Below, one piece after another: positions 24,142 to 37,384 of a DNA stretch of 64,000 bases. The notes beneath the pieces were generated by a model. The model saw nothing but the letters and a program-made list of their open reading frames with translations. It had not been told where the DNA came from and searched no databases. The stretch lies in contig JAWMAR010000178.1 of NCBI GenBank assembly GCA_036785375.1, positions 2,108,001 to 2,172,000 of the forward strand, in the 5' to 3' direction. The stretch comes from Leucoraja ocellata. Its lineage: Eukaryota. The position numbers were made by a program, and so were the translations under genes. Within the stretch, counting starts at the first letter, position 1, and the number at the start of each line of letters is the position of its first letter.

Positions 24142-25309
24142 ACATAGACACATAGATAATAGGTGCAACGAGTAGGCCATTCGGCCCTTAGATACCTGCA
24201 CCGCCATTCAATGTGATCATGGATGATCATCCATAATCAGTACCCCGTTCCTGCCTTCTCTTCATACCCATTGATTCCGTTAGCCCGAAGAGCTCTATCT
24301 AACTCTCTTTTGAATGCTTCCAGTGAATCGGCCTCCACTGCCTTCTGAAGCAGAGAATTCCTCAAATTCACAACTCTGTGTGAAAAAGTTTTTCCTCATC
24401 TCAGTTCTAAATGGCTTACCCCTTAATCTTAAACTGGTTCTGGACTCCCTGGTTCTGGACTCCCCCAACATCGGGAACATGTTTCCTGCATCTTACGTGT
24501 CCAATCCCTTAATAATTTTATATGTTTCGTTAAAATCCCCTCTCATCCTAATTTCCAGTGAATACAAGGCCAGTCTCTCCATTCTTTCATCATATGACAG
24601 TCCCGTCATCCGGGGAATTAACCTTGTTAACCTACGCTGCACTCCCTCAATAGCAAGAATGTCCTTCCACAAATTAGGAGACCAAAAAATGCGCATAATA
24701 CTCCAAGTGTGGTCTCACCAGGGCCCTATACAACCGCAGAAGGACCTCTTTGCTCCTATACTCAACTACTCTCGTTATGAAGGCCATAGCTTTCTTCACT
24801 GTCTGTTGTACCTGTATGCTTACTTTCAGTGACTGATGTACTAGGACACCCAGGTATCGTTGTACTGCACCTTTTCCTAACCTGACACCATTCAGATAAT
24901 AATCTGCCTTTCCCGTTCTTGCCTCCAAAGTGGATAACCTCACATTTATCCGCATTATACTATATCTGCCATGCATCTGCCCACTCACCCAAACAGTCCG
25001 TCTGTCTGCATCTCTTAGCATCCTTTTCACAGTTCACGCTGCCACCCAGCTTTGTGTCATCTGTAAATTTGCAAATGTTACTTTTAATTCCTTCAACTAA
25101 ATCATTATGTATATTGTAAATAGCTGTGGTCCCAGCACAGAACCTTGCTGCACCCCACTAGTCACCACCTGCCATTCTGCAAGGGACCCGTTGATCCTTA
25201 CTCTTTGTTTCCTGTCTACCAACCAATTTTCTATCAATGTCAATAACCTACCCCCAATACCATGTGCTCTAATTTTGTCCACTAATCACCTGTGTGGGAC
25301 CTTATCAAG
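24142..25309 (-). mobile_element. Decayed CR1 LINE (RT to 3' UTR)
   Basis: WLVDRKQRVRING...[18 protein letters not shown] and RPHLEY on the minus strand, with a CR1 tail. Confidence 0.92.
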
Positions 25310-25310
25310 C

Positions 25311-26310
25311 AGGGGACCGGGGGTCAAATGAGATGGAGGAACTGAGTGAAATCCAGGTTAACCGGGAAGTGGTGTTGGGTAAATTGAATGGATTGAATGG
25401 AAAGGCCGATAAATCCCCAGGCCAGATAGGCTGCATCCCAGAGTACTTAAGGAAGTAGCCGCAGAAATAGTGGATGCATTAGTGATATTTTTCAAAACTC
25501 TTTAGGTTCTGGAGTAGTTCCTGAGGATTGGAGGGTAGCTAATGTAACCCCACTTTTTAAAAGGGAGGGAGAGAGAAAACGGGATTACAGACCAGTTAGT
25601 CTAACATCGGTAGTGGGGAAACTGCTAGAATCAGTTATTAAAGATGGGATAGCAGCACATTTGGAAAGTGGTGAAATCATTGGACAAAGTCAGCATGGAT
25701 TTATGAAAGGTAAATCATGTCTGATGAATCTTATAGAATTTTTCGAGGATGTAACTAGTAGAGTGGATAAGGGAGAACCAGTGGATGTGTTATATCTGGA
25801 CTTTCAGAAGGTTTTCGACAAGGTCCCACATAAGAGATTAGTATACAAACTTAAAGCACACAGTATTGGGGGTTCAGTATTGATGTGGATAGAGAACTGG
25901 CTGGCAGACAGGAAGCAAAGAGTAGGAGTAAGCGGGTCCTTTTCACAATGGCAGGCAGTGACTAGTGGGGTACCACAAGGCTCAGTGCTGGGACCCCAGC
26001 TATTTACAATAAATATTAATGATTTGGACGAGGGAATTGAATGCAACATCTCCAAGTTGCGGATGACACAAAGCTGGGGGGCAGTGTTAGCTGTGAGGAG
26101 GATGCTAGGAGGCTGCAAGGTGACTTGGATAGGCTGGGTGAGTGGCAAATGCATGGCAGATGCAGTATAATGTGGATAAATGTGAGGTTATCCACTTTGG
26201 TGGTAAAAAAAGGAAAGTAGACTATTATCTGAATGGTGGCCGATTAGGAAAGGGGAGATGCAACGAGACCTGGGTGTCATGGTACACCAGTCATGAAAGT
26301 AGGCATGCAG

Positions 26311-26347
<37 letters not shown>

Positions 26348-27083
26348 CCTTTATTGTCATCTTGCAAGCAACAGTTGTACAGTGCAAAATGAAAAGACGT
26401 TTCCCATGTGCAGCAGGCAGTGAAGAAAGCGAATGGTATGTTAGCTTTCATAGCAAAAGGATTTGAGTATAGGAGCAGGGAGGTTCTACTGCAGTTGTAC
26501 AGGGACTTGGTGAGACCACACCTGGAGTATTGCGTACAGTTTTGGTCTCCTAATCTGGGAAAGACATTCTTGCCATAGAGGGAGTACAAAGAAGGTTCAC
26601 CAGACTGAGTCCTGGGATGTCAGGACTTTCATATGCAGAAAGACTGGATAGACTCGGCTTGTACTCGCTAGAATTTAGAAGATTGAGGGGGGATCTTATA
26701 GAAACTTACAAAATTCTTAAGGGGTTGGACAGGCTAGATGCAGGAAGATTGTTCCCGATGTTGGGGAAGTCCAGAACAAGGGGTCACAGATTAAGGATAA
26801 GGGGGAAATCTTTTAGGACCGAAGATGAGGAAACATTTTTTCACACAGAGAGTGGTGAATCTGTGGAATTCTCTGCCACAGAAGGTAGTTGAGGCCAGTT
26901 CATTGGCTATATTTAAGAGGAGTTAGATGTGGCCCTTGTGGGCGAAAGGGATCAGGGGGTATGGAGCGAAGGCAGGGATGGGATACTGAGTTGGATGATC
27001 AGCCATGATCATATCGAATGGCGGTGCAGGCTCGAAGGGCCGAATGGCCTACTCCTGCACCCTATTTTCTATGTTTCTATGTT
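25311..27083 (+). mobile_element. CR1/HER1-like LINE (RT to 3' tail) containing a small (ATCA)n-tailed insert at ~26311-26407
   Basis: [38 protein letters not shown]; (TTTCTATG)n tail; several single-base deletions. Confidence 0.95.
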
Positions 27084-27106
27084 TATCATATGTCTGTATT
27101 CCATAG

Positions 27107-27335
27107 ATACGAAACAACATCCAGCGATGATTCGAGTTCGGATGAAAGCTCATCTTCTGAATCGGATGATGAGTTAGAAGTTCAAGAAAGTTGTAAAGAT
27201 GAAGTGAAGATTAATTGTGATGTACAGCCAGAGGAACTTGTCTGTGTGGGACTGAGATGGCAAGTGTGGCAAATCAAGAGGTCACCAAGTTGGAAACAAA
27301 TGAAAATGAAGTTGGCAAAGTGGAAGTAAGAGAAG
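27107..27335 (+). CDS. KANK1: KANK1 exon (Ser/acidic region), apparently frameshifted in this assembly
   Basis: ccatag|ATACGAAACA: YETTSSDDSSSDESSSSESDDE, then in another frame ...EVGKVEVRE|gtataa; 229 nt although phase 2-2 needs a multiple of 3. Confidence 0.9.
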
Positions 27336-27764
27336 GTATAACCAATTTTCTGAGATATACATAGTTTTGTGCAATATTATTGTAAGGAGTACTAATAACC
27401 CTTTTAAAATCCCAAAATAATACAGGCATACATTTGGGCTGTTGTGTAATTCCACCTCTATTTATTTGCATGGGGTTTCCTCATCTTCTGCAAGTGTTTG
27501 TGTTTCATTTGTCTTATATACTGAGCCCATTACCCGAGTTAGGGATTTAATGGTGAAATGCTGAATGATACCACGGATTTCCCTTCAGTTATAGGATAAA
27601 GCTAGTGTATGCTCATGCTTAATATTACTATTGCCAGAAAATGGCATCAATTATTGTCTGTTCTTTGAACAAGAAACAGATAATGAGTCAGATTTGAAAT
27701 ACATGAATTAACAGAAATTGAAGTGTTTTTAATACCGTGGTTTTGAATTTTTTATATTCCATAG

Positions 27765-27852
27765 GTACGAGTTAAGTGAGAAGGTGTTGTCAGCATGCAA
27801 AATATTGAAAAACCATCTTAATGATCCAAAAGCAATGGCCAGCAAAGAAGTG
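27765..27852 (+). CDS. KANK1: KANK1 exon, phase 2-0
   Basis: ttccatag|GTACGAG...GAAGTG|gtatgt; [29 protein letters not shown]. Confidence 0.95.
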
Positions 27853-29950
27853 GTATGTTTATGTTAAGTATCAATATAGTTTCAATAAATGGAAGTGCAA
27901 TTATAAATCTTCACAGGCCAATGAAACTTATATTTTAAAAAACATATCTTTATTATAACAAACTACATATTTTCAAATGACTTTAATGACATAATATATT
28001 TAGAAATTATTATCAAATTTACAGTATCGTCTTGCATTAAAATAGACATTCTACTGAAACCAGCAGTCTAGGGATGGATAAGAAGTGGCAAGAGTTAATC
28101 TGTATGGCATTTTATTGATTTCTATTTGAAAGTCAGGAGCATTCTCTCATGAACTTTTATTCATGAGGTTAAATTGATTGGGTGGGATGAATGTCTGCGG
28201 CAAGGCTCCTTAACACGTGGTTCATTTCAAGCATGTTATACCTTGTCTCTTGCAACAGATCTTGAACTTGATCATCAAATCCACAAAACAATTGCAGATT
28301 CCTGTGGTTGATTCTAATTTTTGGCTTTTGAGTAATTGAGAACTCATGAAAACTGATTAATGTTTTGGCGACAGACTGCTTCATTTCTACTTGCATGCCC
28401 GTAAGACCCAGCACTCCTCAACTCCGTGAACCTTTTGATTCTGCCTCCTCTGCCCCTCCTAACTCCCCCCACTACAGCTCAATCAGTAGATTTGCTTGCA
28501 AACTTCCAAATAAACATTTGGAATATCTGAGCAAATCATCTGGAGCTTGATTGTAAATGCCAGCAGTCTTAACGAAACCATCAGATGTAGTTCATCTAAA
28601 TGGAATCCAGTATGGGATTTCTGCATATGGCTTGTCAAATACCAATTCTTGCATTTCCACACTGGTTTAGCCATATAGGGAGTCCCGTGGCAAATCTACA
28701 TGTTATGAATTCCTCTGCAATTATCCTGGAGAACTGTTTAGATTCATAGGTTCAGATTCCATCTTTTGAATTGAGATTGTAAGGGTTAAGAAAGCATTGG
28801 AAAAGTTTATCTTTCTTTAAAAAATATGTTGTTTAGTTGAATGATTTAAATTATCTGTTTCATTAGTTATGGGTATTTCTAGTTTTTAATTGTTTTAATT
28901 TATTAGCTTTTAATGCCAGGGATTATCAAAAACATTTGAATATGCTTAAAAAATCCTCCCACGATGCCAGCTGGTGCATCTGGTGTTTTGCCTCCCATTA
29001 AGGCTTTTAGCTTAGTCTTTGCAGGACCTGCTACTCTGCCTGCCATGCCTCTGGAGTCTAGGATGGTTCAGGCCAGTGTGGCAGGTTGGTCATATTCATG
29101 CAAGTCATCAGAGGTAAGGAGTGATGGGAAGTGCAGATCATCTTATGACTATTTTCAAAAAGGTTGCATCACTCACCTCCGCTCATGATCAAACCTTCAT
29201 CTATACCTGTGTTACCTTTAGACTATCCTCCAGAAAAGCATTGCTGGCTAGTAACAGTGTTTTATGTGAGTCAGTGGTCATCCCCCGCCTGTGTTACCAG
29301 ATCTACTTCCGCTCCTGTTTGAGTAACACCTCGATTTGAAAATATTGATTCAAGTTTTTAATGCTTTTATGCCTGTCCCCCCCCCGTCCCCCCCCCCCCA
29401 TCTCTGTAAACCTCTACTATCCTCTAATATATCTACACCAATTCTGGCCACTTGACGATCCCTAGTTTTAATCATTCCTTCCAACCACTGGGAGCTGGGA
29501 GTTCTAACTTTGCTCCTGCCCTTCTCCCAATCCCCTCTGCCTTTCCCTCATTCTTTGTTACACTCCTTACAAATGTTTCTCAAACTTTTATTAATCTGTC
29601 TGAATGCTCCCTTCACTGGTCTGTTAGATTTTGTTTAACACTCATCTGAAGTACATTGGGATGTTTTACTACTTTAAAGCTACAAATTATTGTTATTTTA
29701 TTACTCCACTGAAATTAGCTCCATAGCTTTCTAATCTTAACTAAAATACCAAGTAGCTAGCCACTTCTGATGAAAGGTCATTGATTATAAACACTAACAC
29801 ACAGTTAACCCCTCTTCACAGAACTAAACCAAATATTTCCAGAATTTCTGTTTTGTCCTTCAAAACACACAAAACTATCTCCAGTATAGTTTTTTTGCTT
29901 TCCAGATACAATATTCTCTAATATATATATAATGTTTGTGTGTATTTTAG

Positions 29951-30170
29951 AGACTTTGCCTTAACAACATCCAGCATGAATGGTTCCGTGTATCAAGTCA
30001 GAAGTCAGCAGTTCCCATCATGGTAGAGGATTACCTGACAGGATTCAGGGAGGTTTCAGCAGAGGCCTTGAAACATGTGGTCAACATGGCCGATGGAAAT
30101 GGCAACACAGCCCTTCACTACAGTGTATCTCACTCAAATTTTGAAATTGTGAAGTTGCTTCTTGTTGCAA
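29951..30170 (+). CDS. KANK1: KANK1 exon: capping region and first ankyrin repeat, phase 0-1
   Basis: attttag|AGACTTTGC...GTTGCAA|gtacgt; [29 protein letters not shown]...[28 protein letters not shown]. Confidence 0.97.
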
Positions 30171-32088
30171 GTACGTTGAATTTTTTACATTATTGCCCCT
30201 TGCTGTTAATGCTGTTTTACCTACTTCACACACGTGTATTTTGCAGATGTACGTGGATTTTCTTTGTTCTTAACACCTTAAATGCAATCTATCGTGGAAT
30301 GTAAATAACAGGGTTTCTTTGAATTATGCGTTCTGTTAACTTTAAAGAAATATTGTTTACGTAAACTGAAGATTTTAATTTACAGGCGGACTAAATATTC
30401 AAATACTTGTATGGCAAAGACCAACAACTGTTTATGCAGGGTGGTTTAAAAATCACAATCATTGGTAAATGCCTTGGGTGCTTTGATTGTCATGGCACAG
30501 AAATGGTCCTGCTGGTTTGATTGTGTTTTCTGATGTCTGCCAAGGAGACATGCACAAATATGTCATGAATGCCATCTCAAAAAGGATTTAAATGTCATGA
30601 TACATATTGGGCTTTTCATTAGTGAATTCTTTGCATTGCTAAAATATTTTTAAATAGATCAAAGAACAGGCATGCTGAATCCACATACCTATTTACTGCT
30701 CCAAACCTAGGTTGGGGGAGGTAAAAGTGGACAAATATGAAGAAAATCAGTACTGGTGGAACTGAAAATGCCATTTTAGGAAAAGGCATCCATTCACTGG
30801 ATTCCCCTGCTATTTATATTCCTCTGGCTTGCAGAAGAGAAGCCAAAGCTGTAAAGTGCATGTTTGATGCATCATAAAAATACTTTGAGTTCAAATCTCT
30901 GCATCAGTGAAAGGGGCCCTTTTACAAAACTATTACCACTAAGTCCTCTTGCTATTTCAAATACTAGTGGATGAAATTATATATTTTTCCCTACATGCAA
31001 ATTCGCTAATGGATGGTGAACCAACTGCATAATGCCTATTCTTGTTCATTGTGAGGATTTGCAGGAAAGTTATGGTAAGCTTGGGAGGCAAGATGCCACT
31101 GGGTATATCTTTTTTGATTCTTAGTCAGATTTAAGAATTGTTAGTAACTAGAGTGGTCTGATGCTAGAATAAGCTAGAATAGTGCTTTCAGTGTGATGTT
31201 TCATAGAGAAGGCAGGATGGTAGATTGAGAGGGGGGAGAAAAAAAGACCAAATAATTCATACTTTAAAATGTTAACAATTTAAAGCTGAAGGAATAAGAT
31301 TTCCCGATGATTTAAAAATAGATCATTTTCAATGTCATGAGGGTTTTTGATAGTTTGAAAATCAATTGAATGCTTAAAATGTACACATGAATTTGTATCC
31401 ATCTTGTAGTTGGATGTACAGTACAGTAGTACAAGTGGTTACGTTACTGGACTAACAGCCATTGATCCAGGAACATATGTTCAACTCCTCCTTATGACAG
31501 CTACAAGCACTCCCTGACTTGTGTAATGGGTGACTTGCATAAACTTACACTTATGTAAGCAATTCTTTAAGCTCAGTGATCTCGGTAGTGAATGACGTTG
31601 TTTACCATGGGTGCTCCCACCCCGTGGCTCCCCGTGTCAGAGTACCCTGCGCACTCCCCCGTGTCGGACCCTTCCCCCTCCCCATAGTAGCACTTTGATT
31701 TCAGACCTCTTCTGGAGCAAGTTAAGATTGAACAGGAAATTCCAAAAAACATCCACTTCCATGAATGAATAAGTTAAACTAAAAACATTTTATGAATTTG
31801 ATAGGGATCCTCTTTGCACAGGGCTGCCAGTGGCACAGTGCATCTTGGATAACAGCTGCTGAATTTATTATTTTAATGCATCTTGATTTCATCTGCATAT
31901 AAATAATGGTAAGTATGATGAGCTCACGTAGGTTCTGCCCTAACGTTGGTGACATTGCATTCTCTAATTAACTCCTTATTAACATTGGACAATCAATCAA
32001 AATGGATCTCCACTATGTCTCGCTTTACTAGTCGATATTGATAAAGATTATTGAAATTAATTTGAGGTGGTAATTATTCTTATTACAG

Positions 32089-32228
32089 ATGTATGCAATG
32101 TTAATCAGCAGAATAAAGCTGGCTATACTCCGATCATGCTTGCTGCTCTTGCTGCAGTGGAAAATGAGAAGATATGAAAATTGTGGATGAACTTTTAGTC
32201 AAGCGATGTGAATGCCAAAGCCAGTCAG
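32089..32228 (+). CDS. KANK1: KANK1 ankyrin-repeat exon with three apparent 1-nt deletions
   Basis: ttacag|ATGTATGC...AGTCAG|gtgact; [27 protein letters not shown] / MKIVDEL / DVNAKASQ recovered only across frame changes. Confidence 0.93.
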
Positions 32229-32967
32229 GTGACTTTCTTGTATTTTACAGCTTTGAGAAATCGCAACGCAATTCTATAGATTAACTTTTCAGTTCAACAG
32301 GGAAGTAAGTATTTGTAATATCTTGCGGCTTTTGGGGGGAGTGTGAAGCTGGAAATCTCGTTTATTTTTAGGTGCTGCTTGTTGTGAATTTTACTTATTT
32401 TATGTAGCGAATGACATTCAGATGCATGTCCTTGCTCCTTTTTCACTCCTTACTGCATTTATGGCAGCCTTGGTCCTTCACCTTGAATTTTCAGTCAAGC
32501 AATAATATTGTTATTCTGGCTATTTAAATTTAAATCTGGATCTCCAAAAGCAGTCCTTTTCTACTTATCAATACCCAAAACATCCATGGTTTGAAATTGA
32601 TATAGCAAATTCCTAAAAATGGGGGAAAAAGCATTTTTATTTTTTTGAATGAGATTTAGTTACCAATGCAATAGTAATAAAATTGTTAGCAGACAAAGGT
32701 AATTGTTTTATAACAGCTGCTCTAGTACAATATTCTTTGATCTATTATTTCACCTGTTTTCTGAGATTTGATTTTCATATCTACCTTTCCATTTTAAGAA
32801 TGCCTTGTCCATTAGATTTTCTTTCCTTAGTGTTTTCTGTTTCCCACTTGCACTATCCCCAAATGTACAACTGATTTTGGACCTGTATTTGTCACTGTTA
32901 TCTCGGGTTACATTGTCAATTAACTTTCTTGTGTATATTGGTGCATTCATTATATTTTTAGCCTTCA

Positions 32968-33256
32968 AGATACATTAGACCAGACATATAGTGTGGAAAC
33001 AAGTCCTTGGGCCAACTGAGTCCACATCGACCAGCGATCACCCCGTACAGTAGCACCATCCTACACACTAGGGACAATTTACAGAAACCATTTAAACCTA
33101 CACACCTGTCCGGTTTTTCGAATGTAGGAGGAAACCAGAACCCCGGAGAAACCACACGGTCATAGGATGTACAAACTCTGCACAGACAGCACCCGTAGCC
33201 GGAATCTAACCCGGGTCTCTGGCGCTGTAAGGCAGCAATTCTACCGCTGTGCCGCA
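32968..33256 (-). mobile_element. tRNA-derived HE1/V-SINE-like element
   Basis: Same head, V-domain and tail layout as 17220-17533. Confidence 0.78.
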
Positions 33257-34485
33257 CTTTGTTTTCACTTGCAATTTATAAATGTTACAATTAAAACCGA
33301 ATAATTGAAAAACCCTATGGAACATTATTTCCAATGTACTGGAATATAACAGCATTTGTACAAAACTTTGGTCACTTCCGAAATGGGGTGCTTAATCCAG
33401 TGGGTAACTTCACCTCCGCAGAATATGATGACCTTTGGGAGTGTGCTGCTCACATTGGCCAAAATGATTCTTGACCTCTGGATCAAATTGAGGACTATTT
33501 CTATCAGCATGCCTTATATGCCATTAGTGATGAAAGTGTTGAAGATTAAAGGATTTGGAGTAATTGTGGATAAACTATTTCTGGCACGGGTTATTGATAG
33601 GGGACGATCAGCCATGATCACAATGAATGGCGGTGCTGGCTCGAAGGGCCGAATGGCCTCCTCCTGCACCTATTTTCTATGTTTCTATATGTCAATGAAT
33701 TTGGAGTGGGGGTTACTATCTTAGAATTAGATGAGCTCTTCTCGAGGCACTATTTCTCACCCATTCTCCTGGAAACTTGGGTTTTCACTGAAACACCGGG
33801 TAAATTGGTTTAATTTTTGTTTTAGGATAGAGATCAACATGTATCTAAAGTAGGAGTACTGAGGCATATGCAGCAAAGATAATAATTGGAGATGACGTAC
33901 AGATGAGCTAGGATCCAATGGAATGTCGGTAGACTATGTTTGGTTATGTTTAGAGATACATCATGGAAATGGGTCCTGTGGCCCGCTGAGTCCACTATTG
34001 ATCATTCTTTCATACCAGTTTTACCACATGCTCATCCCGTCGCTACACATGATGGGCATTTTCTCAAAGGCCATTTAACCTACGAACCAGCACATCTTTG
34101 AGACGTAGGAGGAAACTGGAGCCAACCTACATGGCCACAAGGAGAATGTGCAAACTTCCAAAAAAATTGTACATGGTCTTTTGGAAGAAGCAGGATAAAT
34201 GGCCTGAATGTTACTAAATTAGAATATATATTAATACTGAATAGTATTATCTGATGATATATTTCTTGTTATTGTGTAACATGACCTTATTACCTGTCTG
34301 TATGATTGCCTATGACTCCATTAATTAAGCACAAAGTTCCACGTGCAATTAGCAAGTATTTGTTGAAATGGTTTGGAACTTAACTCCAACTACTTCATCC
34401 TGCAAATTGTATGAATTCTCAAGCATCTAATAGTTGCAATGAATATAATTGATCAATTCTCCTCCCTCTCTCTTATTGGTTTTAG

Positions 34486-34596
34486 GCTGGTCAGACAGCG
34501 CTGATGCTTGCAGTAAGCCACGGTCGATGGACATGGTGAAAGCACTTCTCCTCTGCGCTGCCTGATGTCAATATTCAGGATGATGAGGGGTCTACA
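34486..34596 (+). CDS. KANK1: KANK1 ankyrin-repeat exon, cut by the assembly gap
   Basis: ggtttttag|GCTGGTCAG: AGQTALMLAVSHGR / DMVKALLLC / DVNIQDDEGST, then Ns. Confidence 0.93.
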
Positions 34597-34796
34597 NNNN
34601 NNNNNNNNNNNNNNNNNNNNNNNNNNNNNNNNNNNNNNNNNNNNNNNNNNNNNNNNNNNNNNNNNNNNNNNNNNNNNNNNNNNNNNNNNNNNNNNNNNNN
34701 NNNNNNNNNNNNNNNNNNNNNNNNNNNNNNNNNNNNNNNNNNNNNNNNNNNNNNNNNNNNNNNNNNNNNNNNNNNNNNNNNNNNNNNNNNNNNNNN
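34597..34796. other. Assembly gap (200 N)
   Basis: Exactly 200 Ns; the round number suggests a scaffolding join of unknown true size. Confidence 0.99.
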
Positions 34797-37178
34797 ATAT
34801 CCGCAAAGTCGCGAGTTTGCGCCTTGATCCCGGCAGTTACTCGGTCGCGAGTTTGAGTCTTCAATGTAGGTTTTTTTTTTGCAGAATAAATGTTTGTATG
34901 AAATGCAGTGTGTTGAATGAATTCCTCAATTTGTAAATGTGCCCGCAACATTGAATCACCTCCCGCACTCATGTCACCCTAGCGGGGCTACATGCCCTTA
35001 GGCGATCTAAGGTCGCGAGTTTGCGTCTTGATCCCGGCAGTTACTCGGTCGCGAGTTTGAGTCTTCAATGTAGTTTTTTCTTGCAGAATAAATGTTTGTA
35101 TGAAAGGCAGTGTAGGAGAGGTGTAGTGACTGTGTGGCAGAACTTTGGAAGTGATTGCCCACCAGTCTAAAAAGCCGCTGTGACTCCCTGTCCCTGGATA
35201 GCAGGGGGCGATCAAACAGCACAATACCCCCCTCCGCCTCCAACTCCAGAAGAATCCACTCCCCGATGGGCCGCTACGGCGCCAAGTGGCAGTTTACCCA
35301 CAGCCCGAGCTGCGCCTCCTCATCCGCCACCCCAAGACTTACCTTGCACACCATCAGGTTCTGCCCCTACGTGTTCCTCTGGAGTTGGAGCGGGGCTGGG
35401 CTGGAGTTGCTGGGTCTCTGGGATCTCCGTCCTTGCAGTGGGCCTGGGGGTCGGTGTCCCGTTGGTCCTGACGTCTCCGGCCACCCCCCTGGACTGGAGC
35501 TGAGACTGGGAACTGTACCGCCCTTGCCCCCTCCCTCTGCAACTGCAAACAACCCCACTCTCCTGCAAGGGCGGTACAGTTCCCGGAGGATAGCAGGTGG
35601 CCGGAGACGTCAGGACCAACAGGAACCCGCTCCCCGATCGGCCCCAACGACGCCCCGAGCTGCGCCCCGTCATCCGCAACCCAGGTTCCTCTGTAGTTGG
35701 AGCGGGGGCTGGGCTGGGCTGCTGTTGGCTGTGGGTCTCTGGGTTCTCCGTGCTTGCGGTGGGCCTGGTGCTCGACGTCCAATTGGTCCTGACGTCTCCG
35801 GTGACTCGCACTGACCTGCTGCCATCGCCGACGTGAAGACAGTACAAAGCCCCGCGCCGGTGCAATGAGCGGGGAGCTGGAGAGGGGAGGGAAGGGGTCA
35901 CACACATGGCCGGGAAGCAGAGGGGTGTAGATGGGGGTGGTGACAGATGGGGCCAACAATGAGTGGAGAAAGACAGAAACACCGACGTGCAAAGGAGACC
36001 TACAACAGTGCATGATCTCTCTCCCGTGGCAGGTGACTGTCGCTGGGAAACTGAAGGGAGCGACAATCTGCTGCCTGCCTCCCTGAGTTAAAGAGTTCCC
36101 ACGGTAGACTCACGATACATAGGCGGCCTAGCTCGGGGATTCTTGAATCCCCGAATAAATAATAAAGACGAGATAAACGTTAAGTAAAACTTTAAACATA
36201 AACTGGTGAGCTTTGGTGTGCAGACGACATCCTGGAAAAAATGTCCGGTTTCTTCCAGGTAGGCGATATACCCTCCCGGGCAATATACCCTCCACTTCTC
36301 TTTTATGAAGGGGATTTAGTTCCCCTTTTTTCGAGGACCGACCGGAGGTTCCGCTGTCACCTCTGCGGGCCGCCCTCGGTGAACGCTAATTCAACTTTGT
36401 CTTTGGATTCCTACTCTCCCACGCAATGTACCCTCGGCTTCTCTTTTATGAATGGGGATTTAGTTCCCCTTTCTTTGAGGACCGACCGGAGGTTCCGCTG
36501 TCACCTCTGCGGGCCGCCCTCGGTGAACGTCCTGTCTCCCTGTCCCTGGGATAGCAGGGGGCCATCAAACAGCACAATACCCCACTCCCCCTCCAACTGC
36601 AGAGGAATCCGCTCCCCGATGGGCCGCTACGGCGACAAGTGGCAGTTCGCCCCACAACCCGAGCTGCGCGACCCCAAGAACACGACGGCCCTTGCACACC
36701 ATCAGCTTCTGTCCATACGGGGAGCGTGTTCCTCTGGAGTTGGAGCGGGGCTGGGCTGGAGTTGCTGATCTGGGACCTCCGTGCTTGCAGTGGGCCTGGG
36801 GGTCGGTGTCCCGATGAGGGGGCGCAGCTCGGGGAGCGGCTTCTGGTGGTCCTGACGTCTCCGGCCAGTTTGCAGTTTTCCTCTGTAGTTGGAACGGGGC
36901 TGGGCTGCTGCTGGCTGTGGGTCTCTGGGATCTCGGACAGGCAGCAGCATATTGTCAATTATTAACCCTCCCGCGCAATATACCCTCACCTTTTCTTTTA
37001 TGAATGGGGATTTAGTTCCCCTTTCTTCGAGGACCGGGACCGACCGGAGGTTCCGCTGTCACCTCTGCGGGCTGCCCTCGGTGAACGTTTTCAAGGACCT
37101 TTCTTCAAGGACCGAAATTTTTTTCGCTATTCGGAGGTTTTCGTTATTTGGATCGTCGGATAAAAGGTTGTGCACCTG
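34797..37178. mobile_element. Large GC-rich composite repeat ending in a Tigger/pogo-like TIR
   Basis: Right end ...TCGGATAAAAGGTTGTGCACCTG|TA; internal direct duplications; no left TIR visible (possibly lost in the gap). Confidence 0.5.
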
Positions 37179-37384
37179 TATCAATGATGTTTCCTGGGTA
37201 CAAGTATATTTGGCAAATAACATTTGAGTCCACTGTTGCAAATAAATGATATTTGGTAACTAAAGTTCAATTGCCATTGGTTGAATTGTTTCTGAAGATC
37301 AGCTCCACTTCACGGTTTGTTGGAAATGAGGTGCAGCATTTTGTCAGAAAAGATTGAAGAATGTGGCCAGGCAATGATATAGCA

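Noticed and set aside
31503-31960. Possible Tigger-like remnant (ACTCCCTGACTTGTGTAA, also at ~61034)
   Set aside because: Too degenerate to define a second end or a TSD.
34453-34972. ORFs spanning X runs
   Set aside because: Artefacts of translating the N gap.
35155-36989. Many 100-250-aa ORFs
   Set aside because: GC-rich internally repeated element; frames are not preserved between the duplicated blocks.
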